Both the position numbers and the translations under genes were made by a program. From assembly GCF_009914755.1 (NCBI RefSeq), contig NC_060927.1: a stretch of DNA of 64,000 nt. One strand, 5' to 3'. Source of the stretch: the human T2T-CHM13v2.0 reference genome, Homo sapiens. The notes beneath the pieces are model-generated. The model saw only the letters and a program-made list of their open reading frames with translations. It did no database searches and was not told the origin of the DNA. This document shows, piece after piece, positions 29,461 to 42,947 of this stretch; the stretch's first letter is position 1; each line of letters opens with the position of its first letter.

Positions 29461-31399
29461 TAACCAGCTTATTTTTTAAATTCCTTGTTTTAAATTTCTG
29501 TTTTGCTTTTTTGAGTAAATTTTTTAAAGACTTGTTAAAATCTAAGCCTTCAAATAGTGAGTTTGTACTCTTAGAGTTTTGTTTAATTTCTGAACCCCTC
29601 CACTTTTTTTTAACCCATTGAGAAGGAAACCTCTATATGCATGCCAAACAAGCATTGATTGAGCTGGTTTCAGGCAACTATGTCTTTACCAGATAGTATC
29701 TCCTTCAAAAGAAAGTATTTGAGATGTCATCTGTAGGAGACTTCTATGAAGATTTGAATCTAAATCAGCTCTTCTTTTCCTAAGGGATTATTTTATTTTA
29801 TTGCCTTATGTTTTGGCATATATGGTACAGTCTAGTCTCAAACTAGTGTTACCTGAGGCCCATGAAGATGCAAATGCAAAACATTCCACAGTCCAAAGCA
29901 CATGGGACTTCTATAGAAAGAAAAAAAAATGCCCACTGAGAATGAACTCACACTCAAAGATTTCTGTCTGTACCATGATACAATCTACCATTAAGGAGAA
30001 TCTTCTGGAATACCATTTCTGAAACTTAAAAAAACAGAACAAGTCAAGAGACAAAATAATTGTGTAAAGATAAAAAAATGAAATATGAAATATAATGAAA
30101 GAAGTAACTAATTTAAAAAAAACACAAATTTAGAAAAGAACCAGTGAACTTTATTCATTATAGGTATGTTCCAGAAACATTCTATATAAACTGAATTTTT
30201 ATAAATTGCAAAAGAAGGAATCTGTTTGCCCCTTATCAAGTCATACCAAGCATCCTGCGCTGTAGGAGTTGAGAGTAATTTGCTGTATTGTAGGAAAGAG
30301 CACTGAGAATTGAATAAGATGCTCCCAATCTTCTAAGAGATTTGCTTCCCGTGATGGGGAAAATTTTCTAGTTGCATGTTTTTCTACATTTATACATAAA
30401 AGGAAACTGAGAAAGACTTTTTTCAATTTAAATGTCTGTGGCATAAAGGTCTTTTGTTTTAAATCATTTGAATTGTACTTGAAAGCTAAAAGATAGTAGT
30501 CTTATCATGTAGCATGCTCTAGCATGTAGTTAGTATTCACAGCTGGATAGGTGTCATCTTTATGCATTATGGTTTTCAGGTGATGTTTAATTTCAGTTCC
30601 TTCACTGCCAGTTATTCAAGGGCCAGATAATATTCCTATGGGGTGGGGGGCTGGGGGAAGGTGGTGTTCTGTTTTGCTAATGTGTATTTCTTAGATATAC
30701 ATATTTTTCAGGATTTATTCCCTCACTATAATGAGGTTTTCCATTTTTATTTTGTCACTAATAAAAAATTAATTTTAGGGTGTATGTTAGTTATTGGTGC
30801 AGTGCTCTCAAATTGGTTTTAAGAAAAGAGCACTTGAAATCTCAAAGAGGGGATTTTTTTTTTTTATGTATACTAACAACCTGTTTAAATAAACTGTAGT
30901 TTCATAGTGAGCCTAATGATGTTAACCATACCATTTTAGAGCTTTGTTACATGATTTACTGATTCATGGCATGGGGGCTTCAAATATTTGTGGGGTTGGG
31001 GGGTTCTCCGTGGAAAAGTATTTTTAAAAAGAATGTTCTCACTGATTGCAGATTTTCTCAGTAAAAGCAAGGCACCATTTATGTCCTTATCAAAATTTTT
31101 TGAAAAATTGAAAAACATTATCATTGAAAAATTATTTTAAATTGTTATTTTGAATGTTATTATCAGAATTAGTTTTTCATCTTGGAGGTGCTTACTTTTA
31201 AACATCTTTCTAAATTATGTTTAGAATCAGTTTGTCAGAAATACTGTATTAAAATTTTTTTTATATTTATGCCTTTCATGATCTCTGTCCTCTTACAAAA
31301 TTACTTTTTATTTATATATGGAGTCTTGCCTATACCTTAAAGTGATGCATTCTCAGTTAATCTTATAACTAGTAACTAGGGGATGTAAGAGAAGGGAAG

Positions 31400-31620
31400 A
31401 AGAACTAATACTCATTGGATTCCTGCTGAGTGCCAGGCAGGCTATTAGAACCATTTGTGTACTTCAGTCTTCACAGCTACTGTGGGTATAGCTGTTATTT
31501 TCCTCATTTTACAGATGAAGAAACTGAATCTCAAAGATGTTAAGTAATTCATCCAAAAAGAGAATTCCAGCCCAAGTCCAGCTAACTCCCAAACCCATAT
31601 ATTCTTTCCACAATACAACT
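31400..31620. mobile_element. MIR
   Basis: ctcattttacagatgaagaaactgaatctcaaagatgttaagtaa. Confidence 0.8.
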
Positions 31621-31867
31621 CATGGATCATGGAACTAGAATAAGCCTTAGAAATAATCTAAGCCTCTTGTTTTGTTAGGAAAGAGAGGCTCAGAGTTGCA
31701 AAGTTAGTTATCCAAGAATGCTACTGTGTTCTTTTATGCTTTAGTCAACATAAAGAATGTTAACTCTTTCTAGAATTATTTTTAAGGAGAGATGATTCTG
31801 TGAAGTACAGAAATAGCACAGCTTCATTTTTAAGTACCTTTTAAGAGAAAGTAATGAGACAGCTGGG

Positions 31868-31893
31868 AGATACAGATACACACAGACACACAG

Positions 31894-31921
<28 letters not shown>
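31868..31921. repeat. Compound (CA)n microsatellite
   Basis: Direct reading. Confidence 0.95.
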
Positions 31922-31924
<3 letters not shown>

Positions 31925-31929
31925 TGCAC

Positions 31930-32374
31930 TATATTAGTTTCCTGTTGCTACTGTTACAGACTTAGTGGCTTGAAACAGTATGAATTTATTGTCTTATAGT
32001 CTTATAGTTCCGTGGGTCAGAAGACTCAAATCAAGGTATTAGCATGGCTGAGTTCATTCTTGAGGCTTTAGGGGAAAAATCCATTTCCTTGCCTTTTTCA
32101 GCTTCTAGAGGCCAACTACATTCCTTGGCTCATGGCTCCTTCCTCACATCACTTATCACATCCCCTACTACTGACCCTGATCCTCGTGCCTCTCTCTTAA
32201 AGTACCCTTGAAATTATATTGGGCCCACCTAAATAATCCAGGATAATCACCCCCATCTCAAGATTCTCCGCCTAATCACAAGGCTGTTTTTATCATGTGA
32301 GGTAACATTCACAGGTTCCAGGAATTAGGATGTGGACATCTTTGGGGCAAGAGGGCATTATTCCATCTACTGCA
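31930..32374 (-). mobile_element. MLT1 (MaLR) solo LTR
   Basis: tattagtttcctgttgct, cagcttctagaggcc, gggcccacctaaataatccaggataatc, attaggatgtggacatctttgggg. Confidence 0.88.
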
Positions 32375-34436
32375 CATGTGTACCCACACATGCAGGTGTT
32401 GGGTGTGTGTTTATCACACATAAATTAAAACCTTTGTTATCCAGGGCCATCTGGGAATTAGCCATTCTAAATAAATGTTTTCTATATCGCTATATCCAAG
32501 TCGTATTTTTAAAATTTCCTTTTTATGGAAAATGTTCCAAAAGGTGCTGTCCTCCCTGCCTTTGAAAACTGTTATTCTCAATATAATTTTACCTATCATT
32601 GAGAAAAGGTGGCTACCATTGTAAACATCAGTTATTGAGCTATGCTTCAAATACAGCTATAAATGCCAATGTAGGCGTAACTAGTTTGATACACAGAACT
32701 CAGCGGGTATTAACCCTTGCAATGGAAGTGCAGTTTGCTTTATGGTCATTTTTTATCATTTGCTTGTTTGTCAGGAACATGACATGAAGGATGTATAGCT
32801 GCCCAGCCCCCTGATCAAAATAATGTGATGGGCTTTCTGGAAAATTGAGTCAGAGATCGGAGTAGTCTTGTAGGTTAAGGGTGGGAAGACTTCTTTTCTC
32901 AGCCTCTAAACTTCTCCTTCTGGCAGTTGCAAATTCTTTGCTATTTGTCACTATTCAAAACATTATTTCCTATTTCTGAATCACTAATATCTAAGGACCG
33001 CAAACAATTCCTTATCAGTTTGCAAGTATTCTTTCTCATTTTCCCTAGTTTGTTGATAAGGTCTAGAAAAGAATGCTGGCTGCTTCAAGGGCTTTTATTA
33101 GCGAGTTTTTACCTTGATTGTAGAACATGTTTGCTGATGTAACCAGACCACTCATTTCTTAGGTTCTCTTTAGCATTTAAATAGGAAGTAGCAGCAATAC
33201 AAATGTTTATGTTGGAGTGCCCGGCACATATTGAATGCTTACTGAATTTATTATTTCTATTATTAGTTTAGCCTATATGAAGCCCCTTGTGAAATAATAT
33301 TATAACCTGTAGGAAAATTTAGTAAAGGAACATGGGACAGAAAAATGTTAAAGAGATCTTCTCCTTCCTCAGGATATTCTCTAGTCTTCCAGCTTTTACT
33401 CTTAAGTTATGGTTCTAAAACGCTCTTTTACCTAAAAAACAATAAGAGGTTATAACCCCTCAGAGACCACGAGCCTGTGGTGTGTTAGCATTTGTTCAAC
33501 AAACAGTGGGCTCTTTATGTATGCCAGGCAGTGCTTTGGACATCAGTTGAAAGACAATACTTTCATGAGTAATTCATGATTTCATGAGGAGGTCCTACTG
33601 CAAGTATAGTATTGAAGTAGGAATATGATGGCAGGACCCCCAAAGAGGAGATTGCTTACATTTCAATAGATAAACACATAACACTTCTTAAAACTTAGGG
33701 ATCAAGATTTTGTTTCCTGCTTCAAAAGGTGGTAGTTGTGGGAGTCTCTGACATTAGAACATGTTGGAACAGTCAGTGTGTCTGTTTAATTCAGTGTGGT
33801 TTAATTCATGAACACCTGTCAGAATAGAAGTTGACAAACATCATCATCAAAGTAGATCCTTTTGTTATCATTATAAAATATTCAAGTTTAAAACTCTGTC
33901 CAGAAATTCACAGGATTCTTTGCAAACTCAAATTTTATTATTTTTCATCCAGTTATACTTTGGTTTTAACGAAATGTCTCCATTTAAAACACCATAAAGT
34001 CAACAAAATTTATTAAAATTTTTAATAAAAACTGAGCAAAAGATGTGACAAACTGTAGAGGATATCCAGATAACACATAAACAAATGAAAAAGTGTTCAA
34101 CATTATTAGCATTTAAGGAAATGTAAATTAAAACCACACTGAGGTATCATTACACCTTATCAAAATGGCTATAATGAAACATAGTGATAACACCAAATGC
34201 TAGCAAGGATGCAGAGAAACTAGATCACATTGCTAGTGAGAATATAAAATGGTACAACCACTCTGGGAAGGAGTATGGCAGGTTATTATAAAACTAAATA
34301 TGAGCTTAACATATGACCCACCAATTACACTCTTGGGCATTTATCTGAGAGATATAAAAACTTATGTTCACACAAAACACATACACAGATGTTCATAGCA
34401 GCTTTATTTGTAATAGCTTGAAAATGGAAACAACCC

Positions 34437-35271
34437 TGCGATATTGTGATTTTTAATAAGAAATATATACTATTTGGTCCTGATTTTTGGCACAAAGCTA
34501 CTAAAAGCCTTGCGATCTCAGAAATGTTAAGTGTCTTCTGATGCTAATGAGGTGACTGGTGGCTGGGGTCTCCTGGAAGGCCTCAGGATGGAAGCTGGTT
34601 GCCATCATGTCACAATCATGTGATTAGAGGGTTGGAACTTTCAGCCCCTTTCCCCTATAACCCTCAGGGAGAGGAGAGCATCTGAAATTTGAGTTGATCA
34701 CTAATGACCAATGATTTAAATCAATCATGCCTACATAATGAAGCCTCCATAAAACCCCTAAAAGCAAGGTTCAGAGAGGTTCTGGGTTGCTGAACTCATG
34801 GAGGTTGTTGTACCCCAAGAGGGCATGGCAACTCTATACCACCCCCACCACCCCACCCCACCCCTTATGGCTCGTACCTTACCTTATGCTTATCTTCTTA
34901 ACTGTTCAGCTGTATCCTTTGTAATATATTTTATAATAAACCAGTAAAGGTAAGTAAAACGCATTTATGGATTGTGTGAACTGCTTTAGCAAATGATTGA
35001 ACCTGAGGAGGGGGTTGTGGGAACCCCCAGTTTATAACAGTCAGAACTTGGATTGGCATCTGAAGTGAGAAGCAGTCTTGTGGGACTGAGACCTAAACCT
35101 GTAGGTTCTGACTCTAAATCCAGGTGGATAGTATCAGAATTGAACTGTGGGACACCCAGCTAGCATCAGAAAATTAGTTGTCAGGAGAAACTCCTCACCC
35201 CACATTTGGTCACAGAAGTCTTCTGTGTTGAGAGAGTAGGAAAAACATTTTGATTCTTCCAATCTCATAGA
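34437..35271 (+). mobile_element. MER21 (ERVL) solo LTR
   Basis: tgcgatattgtgatttttaataagaaatatata...gtgattagagggttggaactttcagcc...aatcaatcatgcctacataatgaagcctccataaaa; TSD aaccc at 34432-34436 and 35272-35276. Confidence 0.85.
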
Positions 35272-35319
35272 AACCCAGATGCCCTTCAGTGGGTAAATGG
35301 GTAAACAAATTGGTACATC

Positions 35320-35962
35320 TATTACTGTTTGGTTCTTAGTCTTATTTGGAGAAAGAATTCTGCCAAGCTACTGGTTTAGCCAGAGAAAGAGAATTCATTG
35401 AAGGAAAATACAGAGTAGGGAGTTTATCTAGAGAGACAGTACACTCTGAAAAGATGAGGCAGGGCGAGCTGCTGAAAGAGAGTGAGCCAGCAGCACCCCG
35501 AGAGTGGTGGGTTTTTATGATTTCAGATTTTTTCTTGAAGTTCCTGCCTCTTTCTTAAGTCTCCGCCTTTTTACTTTGTTTAGTTTTCTGCATCTGCCTT
35601 AAGTCCCTGCCTTTTCCCTCACCTAGTTCCCGCCCCAAGGTTGTGGGACCCTCCCTTACTATTGGTGTGCACGCGTGAACCCAATGTTGGACACAAATTG
35701 CTTCTGCGTATCTCTTAGGAATTTTCTCCTTTGCCCTCTTCCCTTTAGCATGCATCTAGCTACATTCTGGCAGGTTAACTGGCAGAGTGAGCAATCACTG
35801 GGGTCTTAAGGGGGATTCCTTTCTGCCTAGGTATTTCCCCTCCTGTCTGTTCATATCTAGCACGCCTGTTTGGGGTGATCCCTGGGGCATGAGATTTTCC
35901 AGACTCCTTTTCTCAGGGCAGCCCTTCTCCTCCTCATGTCTGTTTATCTGCCTATTCTACCA
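35320..35962 (-). mobile_element. ERV1-class (MER4-group-like) solo LTR, subfamily uncertain
   Basis: 643-bp block interrupting the L1 with a 4-bp TSD catc (35316-35319 and 35963-35966); the minus strand begins tggtagaataggcagataaacagacatgag. Confidence 0.75.
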
Positions 35963-36499
35963 CATCTATGCCGTGGAATACTACTCATCAGTAAGAAAGG
36001 AACAAATTATTGACACGTGCAACAGCTTGGATGGATCTTAAGGGAATTGTGCAGAGTGAAAAGAACCAATTTCAATTGGTTACCTACTATACGATTCCAT
36101 TTATATAGCGTTCTTGAAATGACAAAGTTGTGGAGATGAGGACAGAGTTGTAGTTGCCAGGAATTGAAGTAAAGGGAGAAGGCAACTATGGCTATCGCAG
36201 GGTACCATGAAGAATGTTTGTGATAGAGTTGTTTGTGTGTTGACTGGTGGTATTCACACAAATCTATACATGTGATAAAATTACATAGAACTAAATATAC
36301 TTAATATGCATGAGTGCACATAAAAATGAAACTGGAAAAGGTCAGTGGACTGTATTAATGTCAGTTTCCTGCAGTATACTGTAGTTATACAGGATGTTTT
36401 CATTGGGGAAAATTGAGTGAAAAATACATGGGATCTCTTTATTTCTTACAACTGTACATGAATCTACAATTATCCCAGAATTATAAATTTTTAACGAAA

Positions 36500-36710
36500 G
36501 AACAGAGGCATTGATGCTGAGAGACAAACCGTAGGCTTTTGGATCAGCACAATTGTGTTCAAATTCTGGCTTCCACTTACCACTTGTGGGATCTTGAGCC
36601 AGTTCTTTAACCTCCCTTTGCCTTAGTTTCATCATTTTTCAAGTGGTTGCCAATAATATTATTTTCCCTATTGAGTTGTTTTGAGGGTTAATTATCAATA
36701 TTATGTAAGC
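36500..36710. mobile_element. MIR
   Basis: gttcaaattctggcttccacttaccacttgtgggatcttgagccagttctttaacctc. Confidence 0.75.
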
Positions 36711-36829
36711 CACTCATTGGTTAAATTGGGATCGTAAAAATATTTTATCTTTTCATTTAGCACTTAAAGGGATAGGCACTCTGCCTTCTCCAGAGAAATT
36801 TTAATATCACGAGATAGTCTCTGTTTCAT

Positions 36830-37600
36830 TAACTTAGGCTAGTGTCTTTATTTCTTCTTTCATGGAGTTTACTCTGTTGTTCTTTTACTACCTTCCTGAG
36901 TTGGACACTTAACTCATTAAATATCTGTCTTCCTTCCTAATGTATGTGTTTGAAACTGTAGATTTCTCTTTTACAACTGTTTTAGCTGAGTCACAAAATT
37001 TTGATATTGGCAACCCAATATTTTCATTGTCATTCAGCAATAATAGTAACTGATTTTTTTCTTTGATCCAAGAATTATTTGAAAATGAGTTTTTCAGTTT
37101 CCAAACATATGATAGGGGGATCTTTTATATGTAGATTCTGACTTTACATTATGGTCTTAATAATGTCAATTCTTTGAAATATGTAAAGCTTCTTTTGTGG
37201 CTTAGCATGGGATCAGTTTTTACAAATGTTTCTTAAATGTTCCTTAATCATTAAGTGTAGGATTGTGTCTTCATTCACTCCCTTGATTTTGTTTATCCAA
37301 TTGTTCAGATCTCCAATATCCTTACTAATCTTTAGTCTGGTTGACCTATCAGTTACTGTGGTGAAAATGTCCCTCTTTGATTATAGCTATGTCATTTTCT
37401 CCTTATAATTTTGCACATTTTTACTTTGTATACTTTTGGCTATATTGTTAGATACAGCACATTCAGAATTGTTACTGTTTTCTTGATGAGTTGTTTATTT
37501 TATCAGTAACGTTCTTTGTTTCTAACAATGCTTTTTCCCTTAAACATATTTTGATCTGATAATATAGTCATTTAAGCTGTTTTTGTTAGCTAGTGTTTAC
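36830..37600 (-). mobile_element. Ancient L1 ORF2 fragment
   Basis: Degenerate antisense L1 ORF2 motifs (ttttgatattg...ttttcattgtcattcag, ttcagaattgttac). Confidence 0.55.
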
Positions 37601-38457
37601 ACAGTATATGTATCTAGGATTTAGAATTCTCAGGAAAAACATTTCTCTTCTCATTCTAGAGCCCACGCTTTCTTTGGTAAGTTTCTTTGCTATCTCTGTC
37701 ATAAGGCATATCTTTTCAAGTCCATGCATTTACTGAAAGACTAGCCATTCGAGTTTCCTAATTGATATAAGGGCGCTCAATTCTAAATTCTTGCAACATA
37801 CAGGCCTAAGATTTCATCTTCTTTTTCCATGAGGGCATCAAAACCCAAACCTCCACTTTATTAAGACTGAGTACCATCTTTTACTCCCTTCCCTCTTCCC
37901 AAAACCCCACCCATGGCAGGTGCAGTCTCAGCTTGTTGCGCTTACTATAATTTTTGGTTTTTAATTCTGGGCTCTGGGAATTCCCCTTACAGATTTTGCT
38001 ATGCATTTTAAAGAATGTTGGTTATATTTTCTTCAACATTTCTAGGCATTTAAGATGTGTATGTAGGTGTCATGGATTATCTGGTCTGGCATGATGCTAG
38101 AAGGGCAGTTCTCATTAGAAGTACTAATTTAACCTGAGAATGATGTCTCTTGTTCGACAACCACATAAGTCTCTAGATTTGCCCTTTCTGAGACTTCGCA
38201 TCATGTAAATTACATAAATCTGGTGTTTGACTGGATGCTGGATGCCCTGGTGGAGTGGCAGCACCTGCAGAGATCTGCATGTGTGTTTTTCTTGGTTCAG
38301 AGCTATTTTGAACATAGGGTACCAAAAGACTGTCTTTAGAACCCTGAGATTTTTGTATATTTCAACTTAAAATTTAAGAACATTTATGAACATAATATTA
38401 ATCAATAATATTCACATCTTATTGCCGTTTACATAACACTTTTATTAAACAGTTTTA

Positions 38458-38527
38458 GTAGTTATAAAACTGATTTGCACTTAATTATTTTCGTAGTTAT
38501 AAAACTGATTTGCACTTAATTATTTTC
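38458..38527. repeat. Perfect 35-bp tandem duplication
   Basis: gtagttataaaactgatttgcacttaattattttc at 38458-38492 and 38493-38527. Confidence 0.97.
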
Positions 38528-38794
38528 AGTTGAAGTGTTTTACAAATGATATGGTCATGTTTCACAATTACATGTAAGCAGCATACAGTGGTGATCTAGC
38601 TATCACAGGGCAAAGGTAGGATGCACTAATATTACGTTTTAAAAATAAAATTTAAGAAGGAAAAGGTTTCTAAATTACAGCTAATTGTAACTAGTAATAT
38701 AACTAAAATAGTAAATTGTAACTACTATAATTATACTAATATAGTTCTATGAACTGGGCATGTTATTTATATAAATGCCTTAGTTTATGTTTTA

Positions 38795-39131
<337 letters not shown>

Positions 39132-39547
39132 TTATTTTCTTTGTATTAGTACTCTCATGCTTTTTGGTGTTTGAATATTATAAATGTACAAAATCCTTAA
39201 AATAACTGGAATCTAACAAAAGTTTTCTTTGAAATTTTTTAGAAGTCAGAGTCAGTTTCTCCCCATGAACATTCCTGTAGTTGTATCAAAAGTAAATTCA
39301 GTCCCTAAAACATTTGTTAAATAACAGGACTCTTTATAAGAAGCAGAATGTCATGGTTTTGCTGTTGATGTTTATTTCTCTGTGCCCAAAATGACAAATT
39401 CTAAAATGATGATCTCTGTTGATTAATCTCATGTGCCCAAGAAAAAAATCAAGTGTATGTTAACCAATAGCCTGGGCTATTTTGTCTGATAAAATAGGCA
39501 ATTTTATTAGACAAAAATTGTCTATAGATACTGTTAATAAACACTTT

Positions 39548-39581
39548 GTCTAACAAAATATAACTTTACATTTTCTTGTAG
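39548..39581 (+). promoter_or_regulatory. Predicted branch point (gtCTAAC, A39553) and polypyrimidine tract/3' splice site of the catalytic exon
   Basis: CTAAC with its branch A 28 nt upstream of the acceptor G; a weaker alternative TAAC lies at 39561-39564. Confidence 0.6.
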
Positions 39582-39740
<159 letters not shown>

Positions 39741-40647
39741 TAAATCTAGTATGAATTGGAGCTTGTCAAGATTTAAATGTCAGACCCTTAGTAACTTGTT
39801 TACTACTGCTACTACCACTACCACCACTGCTTCTACTACTATTATTGTTAAATTTTCATAGTATGTAACTATTTTCTTTTTAAATTGGGTCTTCTCATTA
39901 GTGTTTTTAAGACCTATCATTTGCCAAAAAGGAAAAAGTATAGTGTGGTAAAAAAAATAATGAAAAATCATTTTAGATGGGAAAGTACGTTTAAAGAATG
40001 AATTAAGTTATCCTGCCAAATAATAATAAAAATTCAAGTTGAATAGCTTAATCTTTAATTAGATGCCTACTAGAAGATGTTAATTTGAGGAATGTGGGCT
40101 ATTAAAATCTGATAACAACCAGGCAGCACCATGCAGACGTGACCTTTTTGGCATCCTAGTAACTGTGCATCCTGACAAGCTATTATAACGGTCCTGAATG
40201 GTCTGTTCTAGGAAATACCCCAAAAGTAAACAAGGAAATACACCTCCCAAGAAAACGAAAAAGTCTATAGCCAGGCCTTTATGGCTTGCTGGTGTGCTTA
40301 CCACTGAAAATTCTTAATTCCTGGGCCATGTCTTTACAAATTGGGTTTATTTTAGAAAATACAAAAATCCAAAGATAGCTATAGGGTTTTCATTGATGTT
40401 CTCAGTGGGAGAATTATTTTATGAGTAATTAATAGCTTAAATATTGCATGAGATTCCCTCTTCTACAATCATGAGTAAACTCTGTTCACTGGATACATGA
40501 AATTTTACACAAATGGAAATGACGAGTATCAGTGGGGTTGCTTAGGATCCTGGCTGTTTTATAAAACATCAAGAAATAACAGTCTTTCTACTTTTATATT
40601 TCTTTATTTTTCAGCAGTAAAATCTTTTTTAAAGTAGCAAATTAGTA

Positions 40648-40948
40648 TTTTTTTTTTTTTTTTTTTTTTGAAACTGAGTCTCACTGTGTCACCCAGGCTG
40701 GAGTGCAGTGGCACGATCTTGGCTCCCGCAACCTCCGCCTCCTGGATTCAAGCGATTCTCCTATCTTAGCCCCCCAAGTAGCTGGGATTACAGCCGTGTG
40801 CCGCCAAGCCCAGCTTATTTTTGTACTTTTAGTAGAGACGGGGTTTCACCGTGTTGGCCAGCCAGGTCTCGAACTCCTGACCTTGTGATCCGCCCGCTTT
40901 GGCCCCCCAAAGTGCTGGGATTACAGGCATGAGCCACTGTACCCAGCC
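40648..40948 (-). mobile_element. AluS (Sc/Sg-like)
   Basis: Poly-T plus dimer; gaccttgtgatcc short-form left arm. Confidence 0.95.
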
Positions 40949-42114
40949 TGCCCAAAAAATAAAATTGTGCAGGATCATTATAAAATATTTTTTGAATTAA
41001 TTCATACTTTACTACAGACAGTAAAGTCCAATAATGTTATACTAATTTAAAGTTAATTTTGTTCTTTCAGTCCTGTTGTTCCCATTTTAATCCCATTTGT
41101 CTGTGACTGTGTATAACCTTGTATAACCTCATTTGGAGGTAATGTTGCAAGAAGGCTTTTTTTTTTTTTTTTTTTTTGAGGTGATTTCGAAGCCTGGCCT
41201 GCTTTGCCTCCAAGTCAGCTGAAATGGAATCTGTTACCCTGAATAAGCCTGTATATGACAGCCTGTTCTCTCTACAGATATTCCTGCTTAAAGGAATAGA
41301 TTCATTCCACCAAAGCCTTCTCTCAGCAATCAAAAAGACTTCTGTTCAGTGAACTAGTTTTTTTTTTTTGCTCCGTTTCAGAAAATTACAAATGCATTCT
41401 GCAAAAACTTAAAAATCACTCCTAACTAAAGCAGAACCACATAAGTAAAAGAAATAGATTTTGAAATAATGCTATTGATAGTAAGAACAAGCCTAAAAAT
41501 AATGTTCCATAAAACCAAAGACAGCCTGCCTCATATGAGACTAGAAGAGAATTTGTAAAATACATGCTAACATTTAGTTTATCACACTTTTTAACACATA
41601 AAAATAAAGTTTCCTAATTGGTTTTTATGAATGTTGACACTTCTAGAATCTTAAATAGAGTTGTTTATTTTAAAGTAGTCAAATGTCCATTCTTTTGCTT
41701 AATGGACTTATTTCACACTGTTATCTGGTACACTTTCAATCTCTGTAGGTTTTTTTACCTACAGAGGTAGGAAAGATTAGGTTAGATTGAAGTTTATCTT
41801 AAATCTATCTTCAAATTATCACAAAAACAAGTTTGATAGAATAGGAATAAATAAGATTTTCCTACACTGAATCTGTAGAGCTATTTTAACCCGGAAATGC
41901 TGTCACCTCAAAAATAGGCCTTGTATAATGATACAAATTTAACTCACTTAAAAAATACTTTCTCACTCTTATCCATACATAAACTTATTTTCTAAATCTT
42001 TTTCATACTCTTTTTGTAATTTGCACTTGTCTCTTTAAAGAATTTTTGGTCCATTCCAACACAGATGTTCTTTAGGGTATGACTACCCATCCTTATCAGC
42101 ATGATATTTGTAGA

Positions 42115-42325
42115 CAGCAGATGTAGATTTGAAAACCAGTTTAATTGTTTATTAGTCATATCACATTGGATGGGTCACTTAACTTTCCACAGGCTTAGTT
42201 TTTGATATAAAATTGGGATTAGTACCAGCCCTGCCTAAATCACTGGATTCCTCTGAGGTTAAAATGAGATGGTATATGTGAAAGCCATTTATAAATGGTA
42301 ATGTGTTGTTGATATTGTTACCCAG
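42115..42325. mobile_element. MIR
   Basis: ttggatgggtcacttaactttccacaggcttagtttttgatataaaattgggatt. Confidence 0.7.
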
Positions 42326-42646
42326 AGTATTTGGGACACCAAATGGGCCCACAATAGGTGACCGATAAACACCTACTCAGTTGAATTTAACTGGGGAGAT
42401 AGTATCGAATAGTATCTAACGCCGTCACCTCAACATTGACACTTGGATTTTACAATCGAAAAAAGCTGAACCTTGACTTAGTAGGATTATCACTCAGGTG
42501 GCAGATGTCCAAACGTTATCAGCCAGTCGATGGGTGCACCAGCAATAATCATTCTGTTTTCAATGCAATTGTCTAGGTAGATCTAACTGCTGGTCTTATT
42601 AGGCCACCACTTCATGATGGTGTTTATTGAGCCTGATAGAGCATTC

Positions 42647-42947
42647 TTTTTTTTTTTTTTTTTTTTTTTGAGATGGAGTCTCGCTCTGTCGCCCAGGCTG
42701 GATTGCAATGGCACGATCTCAGCTCACTGCATCCTCTCCTCCCGGGTTCAAGCGATTCTCCTGCCTCAGCCTCCCGAGTAGCTGGGTCTACAGGCCCCAC
42801 CACCATGCCTGGCTAATTTTTTGTATTTTTAGTAGAGACAAGGCTTCACCGTGTTAGCCAGGATGGTCTCAATCTCCTGACCTCGTGATCCGCCCGCCTC
42901 GGCCTCCCAAAGTGCTGGGATGACAGGCGTGAGCCACCCAACCAGCC
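42647..42947 (-). mobile_element. AluSc/Y-like element
   Basis: gttagccaggatggtctcaatctcctgacctcgtgatcc; TSD agcattctt. Confidence 0.95.

Larger units (their letters stand above)
34005..36495 (+). mobile_element. L1MC-like LINE 3' end, split by two LTRs
   Basis: ORF2 C-terminal and 3' UTR motifs are collinear once 34437-35271 and 35320-35962 are removed. Confidence 0.8.

Noticed and set aside
30640-30666. G-rich run as a G-quadruplex
   Set aside because: Only three runs of 3 or more G; no supporting context.
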